Positions 36,249-45,052 of a stretch of 64,000 nt of DNA are shown here, one piece after another; within the stretch, counting starts at the first letter, position 1, and the number at the start of each line of letters is the position of its first letter. The stretch is from Bacilli bacterium (lineage in GTDB: Bacteria > Bacillota_I > Bacilli_A > RF39 > UBA660), in assembly GCA_017404385.1 (NCBI GenBank), contig JAFRCK010000017.1, forward strand, positions 3,419 through 67,418. The letters are read 5' to 3'. The notes beneath the pieces were generated by a model that worked only from the letters and a program-made list of their open reading frames with translations, was not told the DNA's origin and ran no database searches. The translations under genes were made by a program, and so were the position numbers.

Positions 36249-38915
36249 ATGAAAAAGAAACTTTTATTGTTTTTATTAATATTTATATTTGGTATTACAA
36301 ATGTTAAAGCTATTCCATCTGATGCGGTTGCTGAAATAGATGGATCATATTATAAATCAATAGCTCTTGCTATTAAAGCTATAGATACTGATGCTAAAAC
36401 TACTATTACTTTAGTAAAAGATAGAACTGAAAATATAACTATACCAAATAATAGAAATATAGTATTAGATTTAAATGGATACACATTAAGAAATAGTGGA
36501 GCTAATTCTACCGTAATAACTAATAATGGAATATTAGAAATAAAAAATGGTACTGTTACTACAGATGCTAGTTCTGGTATGATAAATAATAATTCTGATG
36601 CAGTATTAACAATTAATAGTGGAAATTATATAGCAACATATTCTAGACAAGTTTTATATAATAAATCTGGTACTGCTACAATAGGTGGAACTGCTTATTT
36701 AGAATCAAATACATCTGAAAGAGCAACAGTTCATAATTTAAATGGAGGTACTCTTAATATAGTAGGAGGTACTATAGTAGCTAATAATTCATATGCTGTT
36801 TATAATGATATAGGTACTTTGAATATAGGCACTAAAGATGAAGTATATAATCAAAATAGTCCTGTTATACAAGGTAGTACATATGGTGTAATAGCAAATG
36901 ATGAAATAAATATTTATGATGGAATAATTAAAGGTAAAACATATCATTTAGGAAAAGCTAATAGTTCAAATGCTCCTACGGTATCAACTGATACAGATGA
37001 AACAAAAGTTAGTGATATAGAAGAACTAGCTGAAAAAGTATTAGATGAAGAAGAAATAAGCGGAGATACATATCATACTTTTAAATATTGGTTAGATTCT
37101 GAAAATATAGTTAAAATTACATTTGACCCAGTAGGAGGAACAGTTAATCCAACTTATAAAAAAATATTTATAGGTGATTCTGTTGGTGAATTACCAACAC
37201 CAATTAAGGTAGATAATAAGTTTAATGGATGGTTTACATCGTCTTCAGGTGGAGCAAAGATTACTGGAGAAGAAGAACCAACTTCAAATATTACATATTA
37301 CGCTCAGTGGACTTATGTTGATCCAAATAAAGTTGCTTATGTTGAGGGCATAGGTTATATGTCATTAGAAAATGCATTTTTAACAGGTGGTAATATAAAA
37401 TTAATGGAAGATGTAATAGTTATTAATTCATTAGAAATGAATGTGGCTGCTAATTTAGATTTAAATGGTCATCAAATAATATTAGGAAATAATAAAATTA
37501 CAATTAATGAAGAAGTTACAATAGATGATTCATCAGATGATAAAACTGGTTTAATTACATCTAATGCACTATTTGGCATCATAGTAGGTAGTGAAACTAC
37601 TCCTACAAATGGGTCTTTAACACTTAAGGGTGGAACTATTGAAGGAAAAGATACTTATGGAGCAATTAGAAACTTTGAAGAATTAGAAATTGATGGTGGA
37701 ACAGTATTGTGTAGTGGTAAATGTACTGGACATGCTGTTTATAATAATAATGAATTAACTATGAAATCAGGAACAGTATATTCAGAAAAAGGACGTGCTA
37801 TTAGAAATAGTGACAATGGAACATTTACTATGGATGGAGGGCTTGTTAAAATAGATTCAAAAAAAGAACAAGCGCTTGATTTAGGTGGTAATTGTTCCGC
37901 TACTATTAATGGTGGAACAATAGAAGCATTAAATGAAAATGGAGCTGCAATCGCATCATTTGGGAATACAGAACTTACTGTTAATGGTGGAACTATAAAA
38001 GGTTATGATATGGCAATTGCAGGTAATGGTAATGATAATAATAAAAATGTTAGTATAACTATTAATGGTGGTGATATAATAGCTACAAATGGAGTAGGTA
38101 TGTATTTACCACAACAAGATAGTACTACTATAATTAATGGTGGTAATATCTCTGGAACTAGTGGTATTGAAATAAGAGCAGCTAATTTAATAGTAAATGG
38201 TGGTAATATCGTTGGTACTGCTGATCATTATGAAATAAAAACAAATGATAATGGAACAACTTCAACAGGAGCAGCAATCGCAGTATCACAACATACTACT
38301 AAAAAACCAATAGTGGTTGAAATAAATGGAGGTAACTTAAAAGGTATGTCTCCTATAGCAGAGGGTAATCCTCAATCTAATCCACAAGATGCAATTGATC
38401 AGGTTACAATAACTATAAAAGATGGTGATTTTGAATCGAATGGTGATTCGGTAATTAGTGCAGAAAATCCTGAAACTATAATTCAATTAGTAACAGGTGG
38501 AACTTATAATGAAGATCCATCATATTATGTAAAAGATGGATATGGAGCAGCTAAAATAGGTGAAAATCAATATGAAGTTACTAAAATACATAATATTACA
38601 TTGAATTCAAAATATATAAAAATTGATAAAGATAAATATCCATATAAATCAACTGTAGAGATAAATATAGACAATTCAGTAATTAATCCAGTAATTGAAA
38701 TATATGATGCCAATGGTAATAAAATGGATATAGAAGTAAAAAATAATAAATTTATAATGCCTGATCATGATATAGTAATAAATATACAATATGATGAAAT
38801 TATTAATCCATCTACTGGTGATAGTATTAATTCTTATATTTTATTATTACTATCAAGTATTCTAGGTTTACTATGTGTAAAAGTATGTAAAATTAAAACA
38901 ACTAGAATTGATTAA
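36249..38915 (+). CDS. large cell-surface protein with beta-helix repeats, Listeria-Bacteroides (Flg_new) repeat and NPSTG sortase-B-type C-terminal sorting signal
   Basis: Signal peptide MKKKLLLFLLIFIFGITNVKA. FNGWFTSSSGG...NITYYAQW repeat. NPSTG (38805-38819) + hydrophobic stretch + KIKTTRID tail. Terminator 38926-38959. Confidence 0.6.
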   Translation: MKKKLLLFLLIFIFGITNVKAIPSDAVAEIDGSYYKSIALAIKAIDTDAKTTITLVKDRTENITIPNNRNIVLDLNGYTLRNSGANSTVITNNGILEIKNGTVTTDASSGMINNNSDAVLTINSGNYIATYSRQVLYNKSGTATIGGTAYLESNTSERATVHNLNGGTLNIVGGTIVANNSYAVYNDIGTLNIGTKDEVYNQNSPVIQGSTYGVIANDEINIYDGIIKGKTYHLGKANSSNAPTVSTDTDETKVSDIEELAEKVLDEEEISGDTYHTFKYWLDSENIVKITFDPVGGTVNPTYKKIFIGDSVGELPTPIKVDNKFNGWFTSSSGGAKITGEEEPTSNITYYAQWTYVDPNKVAYVEGIGYMSLENAFLTGGNIKLMEDVIVINSLEMNVAANLDLNGHQIILGNNKITINEEVTIDDSSDDKTGLITSNALFGIIVGSETTPTNGSLTLKGGTIEGKDTYGAIRNFEELEIDGGTVLCSGKCTGHAVYNNNELTMKSGTVYSEKGRAIRNSDNGTFTMDGGLVKIDSKKEQALDLGGNCSATINGGTIEALNENGAAIASFGNTELTVNGGTIKGYDMAIAGNGNDNNKNVSITINGGDIIATNGVGMYLPQQDSTTIINGGNISGTSGIEIRAANLIVNGGNIVGTADHYEIKTNDNGTTSTGAAIAVSQHTTKKPIVVEINGGNLKGMSPIAEGNPQSNPQDAIDQVTITIKDGDFESNGDSVISAENPETIIQLVTGGTYNEDPSYYVKDGYGAAKIGENQYEVTKIHNITLNSKYIKIDKDKYPYKSTVEINIDNSVINPVIEIYDANGNKMDIEVKNNKFIMPDHDIVINIQYDEIINPSTGDSINSYILLLLSSILGLLCVKVCKIKTTRID

Positions 38916-39051
38916 AATAGAATTATAAAAAATCACGCTATGTAGTGTGATTTTTTTTATGTAAAATTATTTACATAAAAAATATAAAAGAACTTATTTA
39001 AAAAAGTGGTTTTTCAAATTTATGCTATACTTTATTTAGAGGTGGTAGAAA

Positions 39052-41076
39052 GTGTTTTGTAGTAATTGTGGAAATAAGTTATCTCCAGAACAAAAATTTT
39101 GTAATTCCTGTGGAAAACAAGTAGAGAGAATTAAAAATAATAGTATTTCAAATCAAGTAGTAAATAAAAATTCTAATAGTAAAAAGAAAAGAATTACTAT
39201 TGTAGCGTTACTTTCGTTATTAGTTGTATTAATTGCTGCACTAGCTATTATCATGTTACTTCCTAAAAATGATGGTAATAGAACAATTATGATTTATATA
39301 GATGGAAGTAATCTTGAATCTGATAGCGGAATAGTAACTTCAGATTTAGCAGCAATTAAACCTAGTGAAATTGATTTAGGTAAAGTTAATGTTTTGCTAT
39401 ATACAGGTGGAACAAAAGAATGGCAAAATAATTATATTAGTAATCAAGAGAATGCTATATTTAAATTAACTAAGGATGGTTTTAAAAAAATTGAAACTTA
39501 TGAAAAATTAAATATGGGTGATCCAGAGGTTTTTGCATCTTTCTTAAAATATGGTTTTGATAATTATCCTGCTAGTAAGTATAATCTTATTATGTATGAT
39601 CATGGTGGAGCACTTGACGGAGCAATATACGATGATTTTACAAATGATAATTTAACTTTAGAAGATTTTAAAACTGCTTTAAAAAATAGTCCTTTTAGTA
39701 GTAATAATAAATTCGATGGTGTTATATTTAGAACTTGTTTAAATGGTACTTTAGAGGTTGCTTCTATATTTAAAGATTATTCAGATTATATAGCTTTTTC
39801 AGAAGAAATATCATATGGTGGACCTTTATCAAATGTTTTAGGTTTTATAAATAATGTAGAGCCTAGTGATAATGGATATATTTTTGGAAAGAAATTTGTT
39901 GAACAATATCAAAGACAAATGAAAATTATAGATTCTACTGGAACAATGGGTGCAACTTATTCAGTTGTGGACTTATCTAAAATAGATGGTATTGTTGATG
40001 AATTAAATAAGTTTATATCAGGAGTAGATTTATCAAAAAGTTATTCAAATGTTTCAAAAGTAAGATCTAATCTATATCAATATGCATCTGGACAAACTTA
40101 TGGATATGATACTGTTGATTTATATTCATTAATAAGTAATTTAGGAAACTATTCATCAGTTAATTCTAGTAATTTATTATCTAAAATAGATGATGCAGTT
40201 TTATATAATTATACTAATATGAGTAATTCAAAGGGTATATCTATTTATTTCCCATATAATGCAAATAATAAGTTGAAGAAAAAATTTATGGAAGTATATC
40301 AAAAATTAGATGGATTGGATGATTATTCATCATTTATTACAAGTTTTTATAATACTCAAACTAATTCTAAGTCATACGGATTTAATTTGAAAGAAAATGA
40401 GACTAAAGTAGTTGATGAAGGAAGAGAAGTTTCATTAAAATTATCAGCTGAAGAAATAGATAAATTTAATACAGCTAGATATGTAGTTTTTGAAAGAAGT
40501 AGCGAACATCCTAATTATTATATGCCAATTTATAAATCGGGCAATACTGAATTAAAAGATGGTGTATTAAAAACTAATATTGGTAATAATTTAGTATCTA
40601 TGTATAATGATTCTGATAATCAAAGACATATAATTCCTGTTATGAATGAAGATGTTGATGGTATTAACACAATATATACACCAATGGCAGTTTTGTATGA
40701 TAAGACTAAAGGATTTGGTGAAAAAGGATTTAGTTATCATGTTAATGCTTATTTAAAGGATGTAGATGGTGATATAAAATTAACAAATGCTAAAATCACT
40801 GTTAATTCTGATGAAAGATTAACTGGTTCATTAGTAGATGTTAGTAAATTTAGTTCTATAGAAATATGGACACCAATATATAAGATTTTAGATGAAAATG
40901 GTAATTATACTACAGAATGGGAATCAGCTCCTGAATTAATGGGATTTAGTTCAACATTAGATGATTTAGATTTAAAAAGATCTACTTTAAAAGATGGAGA
41001 ATACTATGTTGTATTTATAATAAGTGATATAAATAATAATACATATTCTTCAAATTTAATAAAGGTGGGTGATTAA
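39052..41076 (+). CDS. membrane-anchored clostripain-like (peptidase C11) protein with N-terminal cytoplasmic zinc ribbon
   Basis: GTG start + GAGGTGG RBS. CSNCGNKLSPEQKFCNSCGK. Single TM. IMYDHGGA (His) and VIFRTCLNG (Cys) dyad context. Confidence 0.5.
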   Translation: MFCSNCGNKLSPEQKFCNSCGKQVERIKNNSISNQVVNKNSNSKKKRITIVALLSLLVVLIAALAIIMLLPKNDGNRTIMIYIDGSNLESDSGIVTSDLAAIKPSEIDLGKVNVLLYTGGTKEWQNNYISNQENAIFKLTKDGFKKIETYEKLNMGDPEVFASFLKYGFDNYPASKYNLIMYDHGGALDGAIYDDFTNDNLTLEDFKTALKNSPFSSNNKFDGVIFRTCLNGTLEVASIFKDYSDYIAFSEEISYGGPLSNVLGFINNVEPSDNGYIFGKKFVEQYQRQMKIIDSTGTMGATYSVVDLSKIDGIVDELNKFISGVDLSKSYSNVSKVRSNLYQYASGQTYGYDTVDLYSLISNLGNYSSVNSSNLLSKIDDAVLYNYTNMSNSKGISIYFPYNANNKLKKKFMEVYQKLDGLDDYSSFITSFYNTQTNSKSYGFNLKENETKVVDEGREVSLKLSAEEIDKFNTARYVVFERSSEHPNYYMPIYKSGNTELKDGVLKTNIGNNLVSMYNDSDNQRHIIPVMNEDVDGINTIYTPMAVLYDKTKGFGEKGFSYHVNAYLKDVDGDIKLTNAKITVNSDERLTGSLVDVSKFSSIEIWTPIYKILDENGNYTTEWESAPELMGFSSTLDDLDLKRSTLKDGEYYVVFIISDINNNTYSSNLIKVGD

Positions 41077-41077
41077 T

Positions 41078-42010
41078 ATGAAATGTAGAAATTGTAATTT
41101 AGAAGTTAAAGAAGGATCATTATTTTGTAATAACTGTGGTACTGATTTAAAAGTTAATCCACCAGTAGATAATACTATAAAAAAAGATTCATCTTTCGGT
41201 AAAAAATTATTAATAATATTAATAATTATATTAGGTATAGGAATTATAGGTACTTCAACTTATTTTATAATTAATAATTTTAATAAAAATGATAATGATA
41301 AAATAGAAGAAAAAGATGATACAGATAAAAATAGTAATAATAAAAAAAGAAAGAATAGTTTAACTGGTGAAATTAATTATTATTCTGATGTAGATATAGA
41401 TAAATTATTAATTTCATATGAAGATGAAATAAGTAAGAATATTAAAATAGAAAAAATGATATTTGTTCCCAAAAAAGATTTCCCTGGGGATTTATATGTA
41501 TTAGCTAAAAATGAAAATAATTTTCCAATAAAAACAAGTTTTACATTTGATTTTTTAGATAAAAATGATGTTAGAGTGGATAAAAAATACGGTAGTACAA
41601 ATGTTGTTTCATCAGGAGAAAGATTTGTAATATCTTTAACAAATTTATGTTCAATAAATGATTATGTTAAACAAAGATTACATGTTAAGGTTGATAAATT
41701 AAGATCATATGAACATAATTTAGATTTAAAGTTAACAGATTTAACAATTAATGAACATGATAATCAAATAGATGTATCATATAATAATACAACAAATAAC
41801 AATGTTGAGGTATTTGTATCAATTATTTATTATAAAAATAATGAAATACATTTTATGGATAGTTTATCATTAAACCCAAAAGCTGGACAAGAAGAAAAAT
41901 ATAATTTTTATTTTAGTTTATTACCTGATTCAACATATAATAATCCAAAAACATTTGATAAATATGAAATTATTTTATCTGGCGCTAAGTATAGCGATAA
42001 TACATATTAG
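41078..42010 (+). CDS. zinc-ribbon membrane protein with extracellular domain of unknown function
   Basis: CRNCNLEVKEGSLFCNNCG. One TM. About 240-aa C-terminal domain. GGTGGGTGA RBS. Terminator 42009-42034. Confidence 0.45.
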   Translation: MKCRNCNLEVKEGSLFCNNCGTDLKVNPPVDNTIKKDSSFGKKLLIILIIILGIGIIGTSTYFIINNFNKNDNDKIEEKDDTDKNSNNKKRKNSLTGEINYYSDVDIDKLLISYEDEISKNIKIEKMIFVPKKDFPGDLYVLAKNENNFPIKTSFTFDFLDKNDVRVDKKYGSTNVVSSGERFVISLTNLCSINDYVKQRLHVKVDKLRSYEHNLDLKLTDLTINEHDNQIDVSYNNTTNNNVEVFVSIIYYKNNEIHFMDSLSLNPKAGQEEKYNFYFSLLPDSTYNNPKTFDKYEIILSGAKYSDNTY

Positions 42011-42077
42011 AAAGCAATTATGCTTTCTTTTTTATTTGTTTTGATTTATAATAGTACCTTAGAAATGAGTGATAAAA

Positions 42078-43847
42078 ATGAACAATTATAAAACATTCGC
42101 TGCTATTTATAAAAAAGATAAAAATAATAAATACTTTGAGCTAGATAATGTTGCATTAGTTGAATATATAGTTGAAGGAGATTTCTTTGTTGTGAAAACT
42201 GGCAAGTATTCTGGCGCCACTTCATATAATTTTAATCGATTGTTTTCAGAAAAAGATAGTATTTTAGAGTGTCAACAAGAAATTTATATACATGAGGAAG
42301 ATAAAGATTTAGATTATATATATATATTCGATAAAATATTTTATGTTGATCGTATGAAAGGTTCAGGTTTTTTTAGTAATATATTATTAAAATTAGCTGA
42401 TGATTTATATCCAATAAAATTATATAGAAATAACGATGGAACAATTTACACAAAAAGAATAGATAAAAAGAAAAATGATTTTGATTATAGTGGTTTAAGT
42501 GCGCCAATTAAAAATGAACCTGATGATAGTATGAATACTGAAGAAAAAGAAAAATTTGATAAAGCATTTAATAATTTAATAAGTGGTTTATTAGCAATAT
42601 CTGTAATTAGTGCTGCAAATGATATGATATCAGAGCAAGATAACCAAGAGGATAAAAGGATAAATGATTCTAATATTGATGATAGTATTTCACCTAATAT
42701 TTTTCCTTTTGCTTTTTCTGATATTTCAAGAGGTAGAATTGAAACAGCAAAGCAACTAAGACAAAAATTAATTGAAGCTAAAGAAAAACAAAACACAACT
42801 CAAAATAATCCGAAAAAAGTAAATGAAATGATTGAAACTATCAGTAGTAAAATAGTTGGTCAAAGAAAAGTTATTGAAACTCTAGTATCAAATATTTATT
42901 ATAATCAAGTATTAATTGATTATTTAACAAAGAATGGTACGTATGATCCTTCAAGATTAGATAGTAGTAGAGTTGCTATTTTATTAGATGGTTCTACAGG
43001 AACTGGTAAAACCGCTATTGAAAAAGAAATAGCTAGAATGTTAGATTTACCAATAGTTATTACAAATGCAAATAGTTTTTCAGAAACTGGGTATGTAGGT
43101 CCAACTATAACAGATATATTAAATAAATTATTAGATCAGGCAAATGGTAATTTAGAAAAAGCTGAAAGAGGTATAATAGTTCTTGATGAAATTGATAAAG
43201 TAGCTTCAAAAGAGAATATTTATGGAAAAGATATGGATAGAGGAGTACAAGAAGAATTATTATCATTTATTGGTGGAGGAGAATATGATCTTAAAAGTAA
43301 TGAATTATTTTCAAAACCAATAAGATTTGATACAAGCAAGATTACTTTTATTTTGAGTGGTGCTTTTACTGATTTAAGAGAAGAAAAAATTAAAGAAGAA
43401 GAAAAAAAGAATAAACCGATGGGATTTAATACAACAACTAGTAAATCTAATTCATATGAAATTACACCAGAAGATTATATTAAGTATGGTTTAATGAGAG
43501 AATTTTTTGGGAGAATAAAAGTATTAACAAGTACTAAGTCTTATAAGTTAGAGGATTTAAAAAAGATACTATTAACTTCAGTGATAAGTCCTTTAAAAAA
43601 CTTTGAAAATTCTGTTAAGATGTTTGGATATAGTGGTATTTCATATGATGAGGATTTTGTTACTGAATTAGCAACTGTTGCCTTAGAAATGGGTACTGGT
43701 GCTAGATCTCTTCAAACTATTATGTCTGGAATACAAAGTAATATGCTTATGGGATTAATTAACCAAGAATTTGATAAAGAAAAACCTATAAAGTTAGAAA
43801 AAAAATTAATATATGATTATAAAAAAACAAATATAAGAGAAATATAA
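42078..43847 (+). CDS. ClpX-like AAA+ unfoldase paralogue with novel about 240-aa N-terminal domain (no ClpX zinc finger)
   Basis: Collinear with ClpX from IVGQRKV: Walker A GSTGTGKT, pore loop TGYVG, Walker B IIVLDEIDK, IGF-like loop PMGFN (43419-43427), sensor-2 GARSL. RKH loop absent. Confidence 0.7.
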   Translation: MNNYKTFAAIYKKDKNNKYFELDNVALVEYIVEGDFFVVKTGKYSGATSYNFNRLFSEKDSILECQQEIYIHEEDKDLDYIYIFDKIFYVDRMKGSGFFSNILLKLADDLYPIKLYRNNDGTIYTKRIDKKKNDFDYSGLSAPIKNEPDDSMNTEEKEKFDKAFNNLISGLLAISVISAANDMISEQDNQEDKRINDSNIDDSISPNIFPFAFSDISRGRIETAKQLRQKLIEAKEKQNTTQNNPKKVNEMIETISSKIVGQRKVIETLVSNIYYNQVLIDYLTKNGTYDPSRLDSSRVAILLDGSTGTGKTAIEKEIARMLDLPIVITNANSFSETGYVGPTITDILNKLLDQANGNLEKAERGIIVLDEIDKVASKENIYGKDMDRGVQEELLSFIGGGEYDLKSNELFSKPIRFDTSKITFILSGAFTDLREEKIKEEEKKNKPMGFNTTTSKSNSYEITPEDYIKYGLMREFFGRIKVLTSTKSYKLEDLKKILLTSVISPLKNFENSVKMFGYSGISYDEDFVTELATVALEMGTGARSLQTIMSGIQSNMLMGLINQEFDKEKPIKLEKKLIYDYKKTNIREI

Positions 43848-43894
43848 GAAATTGATTTTAATCTATTTTAGTGATAATATTTATATAGGTGATA

Positions 43895-44395
43895 ATGATG
43901 AAGAAAAAAATTATTACATTGTTATTAATAATAACAATAGTTTTAACTGGTTGTGGTAGTAAAGATGAACCAGAAATAAAAGTAGAAAGTTTAACTGATA
44001 AAAAAACAAGAGTATCAATTATTTTTAACGATCAGAAGATACCAAAATCTACAAAATTGGATGTGACTCAGGTAGCAACAGATTATAGTAATTTAAATGA
44101 TATCATTGAAAAATATGTTGCATATGATATTAAGCTTGTTGGTGATAGTGATGTAGAATTAAAAGAGAATGTTATTGTTTCTCTAGAAATACCTGTTGAT
44201 TTTAATAGAAGAAATCTTGTTGTATATTCAATAGATAATAATAGTATTAAAGATACTTATGATGTAGAAATATCTAAAGATAAAGTTAGATTTGAAACAA
44301 ATAAATTTGGTATATATGTTCTTGCTCAAGTAACTCCAGATGATTCAAAAAAAATTGATTCACCAAGAGTTAATTCAATTGATGAAAAGGAATAA
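43895..44395 (+). CDS. lipoprotein (lipobox LTGC), unknown function
   Basis: MMKKKIITLLLIITIVLTGCGS. AGGTGA RBS. Confidence 0.5.
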   Translation: MMKKKIITLLLIITIVLTGCGSKDEPEIKVESLTDKKTRVSIIFNDQKIPKSTKLDVTQVATDYSNLNDIIEKYVAYDIKLVGDSDVELKENVIVSLEIPVDFNRRNLVVYSIDNNSIKDTYDVEISKDKVRFETNKFGIYVLAQVTPDDSKKIDSPRVNSIDEKE

Positions 44396-44444
44396 AAAAC
44401 TATTGAAAAAATATTAAAAATATAATATAATTTAAATTGTTTAG

Positions 44445-44635
44445 TGATGAAGAAAAGTAGTAGTAAAAGAATACTATTTTAGAGAGTTAACGGTTGGTGA
44501 AAGTTAATTAGTACAATTTTATGAACTTGTTTTGGAACTAAAAACGTGTAATTACGATATAAATAGAGTGCATAGATTCCTATGAAGTAAGGTGGTACCG
44601 CTAGATATAGTCCTTACATTATAGGAATTTTTTTG
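44445..44635 (+). promoter_or_regulatory. T-box riboswitch leader (Leu-type by context) with terminator
   Basis: AGAGAG...GGTTGGTG stem I elements (44481-). T-box core AAGGTGGTACCGC (44589-44602). Terminator ATTCCTATGAAGTAAGG/CCTTACATTATAGGAAT + T8 (44576-44635). TATAAT at about 44421. Confidence 0.65.
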
Positions 44636-44656
44636 TTTAGAAAGGGAGAATCTTTT

Positions 44657-45052
44657 ATGAATTTTTTAAAATATTTTTTGATTTACGTTGCTTTTTTTAT
44701 AATTACTTATTTTGTATATTATTGGTTTTCTGTTAGACCAGTTGTTAATAATTATAAAAAGAAAAAGAAAGGTAAGAAAATAAAAAAAGAAAGAGAATTA
44801 CCTACTGAAATTAAATTATTAAAAAGTTATTATAAAGTTGATGTAGATAAAATAGGTGAAGTTAGAACATTAAGAATTGTTAATTTTGTTAATGCGGCTT
44901 TTTTATCATTACTAGTGATGATAGTTTTACCATTTAAAGAAGTTTGGCTTAAATTAATAATACTATTTGTTTTAATATTACCTTCTATATGGGTAGTGTA
45001 TTATTTTTTAGCAAAGTTTTTAAAGTATTTAGAGAGGAAGAGTGAAAGATAA
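44657..45052 (+). CDS. small 3-TM membrane protein between T-box and leuS
   Basis: AAGGGAGA RBS. Stop overlaps leuS ATG (TAATG). Confidence 0.45.
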   Translation: MNFLKYFLIYVAFFIITYFVYYWFSVRPVVNNYKKKKKGKKIKKERELPTEIKLLKSYYKVDVDKIGEVRTLRIVNFVNAAFLSLLVMIVLPFKEVWLKLIILFVLILPSIWVVYYFLAKFLKYLERKSER

